Source: Rhina ancylostomus
Lineage: Eukaryota
Assembly (NCBI GenBank): GCA_030265395.1
Contig: JARFYF010000050.1
Location: forward strand, 25,840,865 to 25,904,864
DNA: 64,000 nt
Reading direction: 5' to 3'
Position 1 is the first letter of the stretch. Every line of letters starts with the position of its first letter. Made by a program: the position numbers and the translations under genes. Below, piece after piece: positions 56,501 through 64,000 of the stretch. A model generated the notes under the pieces. The model did no database searches, was not told the origin of the DNA, and was given only the letters and a program-made list of their open reading frames with translations.

Positions 56501-56869
56501 AAGAGGGGTGGGGTGGTACCACCCAGATAAAGCTGGCAAAGGTAATTACGCAAGAATAAACAGAAAAGTTAATGACAAAATTTTTTAAAAATATTTATTT
56601 TACTTTGGTTTGTGTTACTTAAGAATACGAATGGGAGGTCCTCATAAGGCAGAAACATTATCACTAACATTGAACATTCACAAACTAAGGGCACACATTT
56701 AAGAGATATAAGCTGTTGGCCTGCACAATGTCAAAAATACTTTTATGCCAAACATATCTTCAGCATCAATAGTTTAATCATGTTTTGCAGACAATGTAAG
56801 GACATTTAATAAAATAAATCTAATGTTTCTTTTTGCAAAATATAGGACTTCTCCTAACATACTGAAATG

Positions 56870-57422
56870 ATCTAACTTTATAAAACCCTGGTCAAACCTC
56901 AGCTGGAGTACTGTGTACAGTTCTGGTCACCAAGGTATCAGAAGGATATGATGGTGCTGAAGACGGTACAGAGGAGATTTACCAGGATGTTGCCTGGGAT
57001 ACAGCAGTTCAGTTATGAGGAGAGAATGGAGAAGCTGGGTCTTTTTTCCCCCTGGAGTGGAAGAGGGGACATGACTGATGTATGACATCATGAGAGGTAC
57101 AGACAGGACAGACTGTGGGAAACATTTCCCCATATGAAAAGTATATAAAACTAGAGGACATAAGTTTAGGGTAAGGAGGAAGTGATTTAGAAGTAATATA
57201 AGGGGAATCTTCTTCAGCCAGAGAGTGGTAAGTACTTGGAACACACTGTCTGAGAGAGTGGTTGAAGCTGAATTACTGACAGCATTTAATAAGGGTCTGG
57301 ATGAACACTTGAATCGCTTGAAGCGCTGGGTGATGTGGTTCATACGGAAGGGTGCCCACTGGTCGGAGTGGATGAGTTGGGCCAAATGGCCTGTTTCCAT
57401 GCTGTACAATTCTATGATTCTA
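56870..57422 (+). mobile_element. CR1-type LINE 3' end
   Basis: CTGGAGTACTGTGTACAGTTCTGGTCACC (LEYCVQFWSP) and FSQRVVSTWNTL. Tail CCTGTTTCCATGCTGTACAATTCTATGATTCT. Confidence 0.9.
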
Positions 57423-59481
57423 TTAATAACAGTTGAAACAACTGATGGCAGAAAATACAATACGCATTTACAGAGAATCCTGAACTGAAAAAGAATTTGT
57501 TATCAACATTGTGGTTATAATTTTCCCCAAAGGAAGATAAAAGTGATATTCTGTAATTACTCTTTGACTGTCTTTTTTATGGTTCACAGCATGGAAGTGA
57601 CAGGATGCACAAGAGTCATTAGCCCTGTTTACATTAACAGATGGAATGAGTATCTGATCAATGAGGTTGACCAATCCTGAAACTGCCCTGTTTATATTAG
57701 TGTCTCAAAGCAGGAAAGCTCTGATGACAGATTACGAGTTACATATGCTAAGTTCATTTGGAAGTATGTAAGAGACACAATATGTCGGCATTCAGCGAGC
57801 TTCACTTTTCCCAGGTAGCTCAAAGGCCATTATAGTGTGGCCATAAGTGGTAGCAGTTTATTTAACACTTATTTTGATGTCAAAATATGACAAAACACAG
57901 GGAAGGAAAATGCTAATGGTTCCACAAATGCAATTATACACACTGTGCATAGTGTTGAATTGGGGTGGAATGAGCTGAAATTTAACCTTGATTTTAAATA
58001 ATTTACATCTGCTGAAATAATCTTGATTTTACTTCATCACATTAATTACATTTGATTACAAGTACCTATTCAAACATATTTTCTGAATGTTATCTTGTAG
58101 TCCATGTCCTAATATTGCATTTACTGTAATGTGTTGGTGGTTTGAATGGAATCACAATTTATTTACACTTGCTGCTGGGGAATCTTGCCTTGCTAAGATC
58201 TGGAGATACAAAAATAGACAAATCCACTCAAATCTGCCTTTGCCTTTTAAATAGCATTCTGGCAGAGGTCACAATAAGTGTAAGAAATTAACTTGTTTAA
58301 AACTCTGTTTTGAACTTACCTTCCAACAAACACTGGAGTCTGAATATGCCTGCCAGTAACTAACAGTATGACTGGGCAGAAACTCCTTTATCAATCCACT
58401 TTAGACAAAGTAATGCTGAAGTAGAAACTTTCAACGACTGAAAACTGCAGCAACCTTGTGTATCATTACTATCTAGGATAAAACATTGGTCACTGGAATA
58501 CTGGTGATCTGAGGCCACCAAGGATGCATCGTGTCAAGTGCTCTTCTACTGTGCCACCACCCACCATGAGAAAATCTCTTTATCTGATGAACAATTAATG
58601 ATAAGGCCCATCATGTGTCCACTGGGACAGGGTTAGATCAGATCTGGGTGCTTTATGCATTTGTTCTAAGCTTTTAAATTGTGCTTCTCTGGATATGGTT
58701 TAGCAATAATGTAACATTTAGCAACAGGCTTGTCAAGTACATTCTATGATTTGAATCTGCGCCAGGAAAATATTCATTCATCTGAATGGCTGCAGACATT
58801 GTTTATCTCCAATTAAACCTTTGTGCCGGAAAGAGTCAGGTTTAGAAATAATCATGGGATGAACATACACTGAACTATCACTTTGATCCTCACAGGAACA
58901 GAGGCTCAATGACATCCGGCATAAACAACCAAATGCAAACTAATTGGTTTAAATTATAAAACTGTTGGCTGTTTAACATACAGGAAACAACTGAATAGCA
59001 CAACAATGCCAATGTGAACAGTGTTGGTGGTTCTGTTTCATGAGAGGCAGCTACTTTGGAAATATGGATAAGTCAGTTTGAAGTAAGTGTTTAACAGAAT
59101 ATAGTTTATATTATTGAAATAAACATACACAGGCGAGAAGGAAGCCAGTCAGCTATTTATTATTCATCTACCCAGAGTGATCCTTCAAGAAGTTTCTGCA
59201 CCGTATCATCTAACTTGATTCAATTCATCTTTCAATCAACTTGCAAGTGATGAAAAACTTCCCGATACAAGATCTAGTTATTCAGTACTAAATTATGCAA
59301 CATTGTTAAGAACAGTCATGTCAGATAACGGGAGATCTTTTTTCCTCCAAGCTGCTCATCTTAAGATGATGATTCATATTTACAATTGATATAGAAGATG
59401 AGTTTTTACAAATATCAAACTTTCTATATGGTCAATTATTCTTCCCTGAGAACTTTTGGAAGACAGGCTGTGAGAACCTAC

Positions 59482-59714
59482 CTGCACCGATGCTGCCTGT
59501 TGCTGCTGTCCAGCCCATGACCGGAGGAATAGCACCAACCACAGAGCCTACCCAAGTATTCAGAATACTCAACCGCTTCATTGGGGTGTAGCAGCACGTG
59601 TATAGGAAAATGTTAAAAGCACCCAATGCTCCAGTTAATGGGTTAACTCCAAGTGCCAATACTGCGATACCAGGCAGACTGCAAGCGAATGCAAAGGACA
59701 CTGCGTGGAGAGGA
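59482..59714 (-). CDS. COX10: COX10 penultimate coding exon (233 bp); upstream exons lie beyond the window end
   Basis: Acceptor CCCTAG|T CCT CTC CAC. Translation (S)[77 protein letters not shown] (UbiA family). Donor G|GTAGGT is phase 1, compatible with the last exon. Confidence 0.96.
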
Positions 59715-62700
59715 CTAGGGATTTAAAAGAAAACACATGGATCAGCAAGCTGGATATGCAATACTCAGATATTCAGAAAAAGACATTGCTATGCTACCGC
59801 TTAATTGTTTAAGATTTCAGTGATGCACAACTGCTAGTGATACAGAATAAACCAAAAAAGTTGCCACTTTTCTTTATCTCTCTGCCCATCCCTCTGCCAT
59901 CCCATGCCAGAAGACGTTTGTGTCAGTTGCTGTGTCTGGTCTGTGATTATGAATTTGCTATACTATTTAACTTCAAGCTATTTTTTAGGCAAGTATTAAC
60001 TTCTTTGTTCAAGGGTGGGTATGATGGTAATGCAATGAATTAACAAATAAGTATTTCTTCTTCTTCAAACTGACTGCATTAAAACCAATTAATTGTAAGG
60101 AACTGAACAAGTTTTCTTTTCAATCTTCTGAAATTAAGTACAGCACTCGTTTATCAGCTCAAATCTGCAAGAACCTCTGGAAAATAATGGGAGGATGTTT
60201 CACTAAGGCTATTTAATGACCTGTCTAGACATGACAAACATTGCTCTTTGTGAGGCTGACTGAATATATACTCAACAATGATTAAATGAACTGTAGATTC
60301 TTCACAAATGGCGATAATCATTACACATCATGCTTGTTTGTTTATCCAACATNNNNNNNNNNNNNNNNNNNNNNNNNNNNNTCATACTTACAACTCCAAG
60401 ACAATAAATAGTTACATTGTCTTGTAGAAATAGGATTTTAAATTCCATTGTTTATTTTTATTGAACTAAAACAAGCAACTGCAAGGAATCTGTGGCATCT
60501 TTCTTGATGCCTTGAAGTTTACTAAGTGAGAAGCTGAGCCAAATAGACAAGATTGGTTCCAAAGTCATCTGATTCCAGCTGCCCGATTTCAATCTTCTTC
60601 AATTCTCAAACCTGAACTGCAGTTGCAGTTTGTGCAAAACCAATAGGTGCCGGGATTCATTCTGGTTTTGAACTTGGAGCCCAAAGAGACTCTGATCTGC
60701 TTTGTGACAATACTAAAGTTTATGAATTGATATATTTTTATTACTTTTCTAGATGATGGATCTTATAACACATGAATGTAATACCTAAAAATATGTAAAA
60801 GTCTGAGTTATAGGTATATACTCCAGTTCTAAGGTGTAGGTGAAGCCTGTGTTTAATTCTTTTTTAATGTTTGGTGGCTGTTGCATCCTGGCTACCAGCC
60901 AGTCTTGACAAAGTGAGGTCTTGGTCCAATGACAAGGAGGTCCAAGTAGACAGGAGGCCAAGTTCTGCTGCACATTGGTCTGTCTCTTAAATATGGGGTA
61001 ATGAACAAAATAAAATGGGATTTATGATTGTACCAGAGGTCTAGCTTTTCAATATAAACTAGGCTGATTTGTAACTACCCATTACATAATGAAGAAATTC
61101 ATCTTTCACACAAAGGAAGGAAAACCCAATATTACCTCAACATATAAAAAATATGACAAATAATCAAGAAATGATCGGTTTCAAACTCAAAGTACCCTTC
61201 GGGGATCCTAAGCTTACATTCACATTCTGTCCAAACTTGGCAGCACAAATTAGCACTATTCATTGCAAAACAGATTATATTGTTAATTGTTAAAAAAAAC
61301 TTTCAGTTGTTAACAATCTTACAATGAAGCTAGATGAAATGGAGTGCAGGATTATTTCAACAAAGAAACAAGGGAATGTAGACCTCTTTGAGGTAAAAAN
61401 NNNNNNNNNNNNNNNNNNNNNNNNNNNNNNNNNNNNNNNNNNNNNNNNNNNNNNNNNNNNNNNNNNNNNNNNNNNNNNNNNNNNNNNNNNNNNNNNNNNA
61501 AAAATTGATGATTTTTTTTACATAGGGTTCTTGGGGGTAGATGTTGTTGCTTCATAATTAGATAGCACAAACAGGTTCTGGTGCACAGCTAGGTGTCACA
61601 ACCTATCCGTTATTCTGAATCTAAGCAGGAATATTCTGGAGTTTCACCAACCTGTCAAATGAGGATTGCAAGCAAGTGTAAGCTAATGAAGAAAGGGTAC
61701 AGAATGGTGTAATGATGGAGATGATGATTCAGGGCAGGCACTTATGCTTTATTATTATCTGGGGATGGGGTGGGGTGGGTTATTAACTTCTAAACCAGCA
61801 AATTGGAAGTAAATTATGTTTCAACTCACTTAAAAAGTGATTTCTAGACCCGTAAGCTCTTTACAGCATGGCTTACTACATTGCAGTCATTTTAAAGTTT
61901 GTTTTATCAAAAGCTTGTACTTTAGTGTGAGGTTTGGATTCTAGATTACGTAATATTAAAACACTCTGAAAGATCTTCCTATAGTTAGATAAAACAATAA
62001 CATTCAAACAGTTTTTTTTAAGTGATGCTCTGAAAGAAAGCCAGTGGGATGGAATAATAAATAGAAATTAAATCTTGGGTAAGATTTACTATGTACTCCC
62101 AGGAGGCAGCATGATGAGAGCTGGAGAGCAGAGAACTTATTTACTCTTTTGTCTGGGGTCTGATGTGCAACACTGATGGATGGGGAATGGAAAAGAAAGT
62201 TTAGAAGTTAAGCATTTTGAAAAGCTCACTGAATTTTAAATCATGTCTTTTATTTGTCAAGATCCAAAGTCAAGGCAAATGCAAGGCTCAAGGTTAACTC
62301 TTGGAAAATAATTGTTCTGCCAAATCATTGAGAGAATTTATATTTTTGTTTGTAACCTGAAAAATCAATTTTATACATTTATAGGACAGTTCAAAAAAAT
62401 GGCCTTCTGAATTTCAATTCTCAATCAACATTTATTGACAAATTCCAATGGTCTACCAAACTCCTATTATATGCATAGGGACCAATATATGCACCAAAGG
62501 GAATATGAACTGCTGTTACTGGAATAATTTGTTGAGTCCTGCTTGTGTAATTGACTCTCAAAGCAGAGCCAAGTAATATGAAATTATATTTTTTAGCTAG
62601 TTCTGAAATGTCTATTTTTAAATGCCCTTCATTCTATCTGGAGTGATGGTCACTGTGAATGCCACCCATACACGGTGACCACCAACAATACAGATTATGA

Positions 62701-63399
62701 TATTAATGTACAAAAGTGGTTAACATTTTCTACAAACAACAGCTGCGAGAAAAAGTGTAACAAAGCCAAGGACCAGAATGGTTAACTGAATATTTCATTC
62801 CTCACAAATTCTATACCAAAGAACCTTCAGGACTCAGCACTGCCACTTCCAAAGTGGAAAGCAGATTAGACTAAACTCCTCAGAAAAATCTCCTCAAAGA
62901 ACTCCTGTAACAGGCATGAATGCTATTTTAGCTTTCTACTTAATACTTCATGCAAACATAATAGCAACTCATACAGAATCAATGTGAAACTGACAGGTCA
63001 GAATAAACATTACTATGATGGACATATGAATAAAATGCCATAAAAAGGAATGTGCCATTTTACTACATTCAGTCTTCATGGCTGTGGAATGGGATTCAAT
63101 TTAAACCGGAGGAAGTGTTTGCAGAAAACATTAATAAACATTACTTTTAACAGCGTCATAAATCATATTTTTTTTATTAATAAGGCTAAACTGTCCCCTT
63201 CAATAAATCATTCTCAAGCACTGAAACAATAGGCTTTGAAATGTTGCCTTGTGGGAATAGATAATAAGCACATTTATAGAAGATTGTAAAGTAATATATT
63301 CATTTTGATTTTGCGATGACTATTTTCCAAGGTAATACACACGTTACCTAAGAGGAAAATGATAATCATATGACATATTCTGTACTTCTGAGGCCTTCA

Positions 63400-64000
63400 C
63401 ATCCTCCCTAAACTGTGCTGACCAGAAATGTACATGATGCTCAAGATACACTGAACTAGTGTTTTATAAAGATTCAACATAACTTCATTGCTTCTGAACT
63501 TCACATTTTTAGTTGTAAAATCCCAACTCCCCTACTCCTTTATAACCAATTTTTCAACCTCCCCTGCCACCTTCAAGAAATGTAGACATATACTCTAGTT
63601 CTCTCTGTTCACGCATTCACTTTTGGATTCAATCTTTTAAAATCATAATGCTTCTCCTTTTCTCCTTAGTCCTACTAAACTGGATCACTTTTCTGCATCA
63701 AACTTGACCTGTCTCATATCCATCTATTGTACTTGCAGCAAAAACATTGATAGAGTAGATGATACTGGAAACAAAATGAAACAATATACCTGGCATGTAA
63801 TTAATTGCATCCATTAATTCCACCAACCTGTTTCATCCCTTTGAATTCTACCATCCTCCACATCAACATTTGCTAGATTTCCAAGTTTTGAAATTCTGCC
63901 CTGTACACTCAAGTTCAAGTCATTAATCTATCTTTTGAGAAAAACAGTAATCCAAATACTGGTCTCTGGGGAGCACCATTACAATGCTTTCCTCCATCTT
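63400..64000 (-). mobile_element. Old degenerate CR1 fragment
   Basis: TTCTCAACC-like/CCTGCCACCTTCAAG...GTCATTAATCTAT...CCAAATACTGGTCTCTGGGGAGCACCATT (antisense of GVPQGSVLG). Confidence 0.6.

Overview
Vertebrate genomic DNA, not prokaryotic. The repeat content (CR1 LINEs, DeuSINE/SacSINE-like and V-SINE-like SINEs, Penelope-like termini) points to a cartilaginous fish, probably a ray or shark; this taxon call is an inference. Two genes lie on the minus strand in the human order. First are the last two coding exons of COX10 (heme O synthase; 59714-59482 and 52800-52376). Downstream is a complete two-exon HS3ST3B1 (heparan sulfate 3-O-sulfotransferase 3B1; 38617-38079 joined to 11287-10669, 385 aa, about 26.8 kb intron). 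The rest is intron or intergenic DNA with decayed retroelements and ten N-gaps. I found no novel multi-gene system. The observations most worth checking are: a ~16 kb CpG-retaining domain around the HS3ST3B1 promoter; minimal hammerhead-ribozyme motifs in Penelope-like termini; a chain of uORFs ahead of HS3ST3B1; a ~245 bp hairpin-bearing local duplication inserted into a SINE; a small inversion through a CR1/Penelope nest; and a W-to-C change at the conserved HS3ST3 C-terminus. Repeat family names and boundaries were assigned by eye and are approximate.
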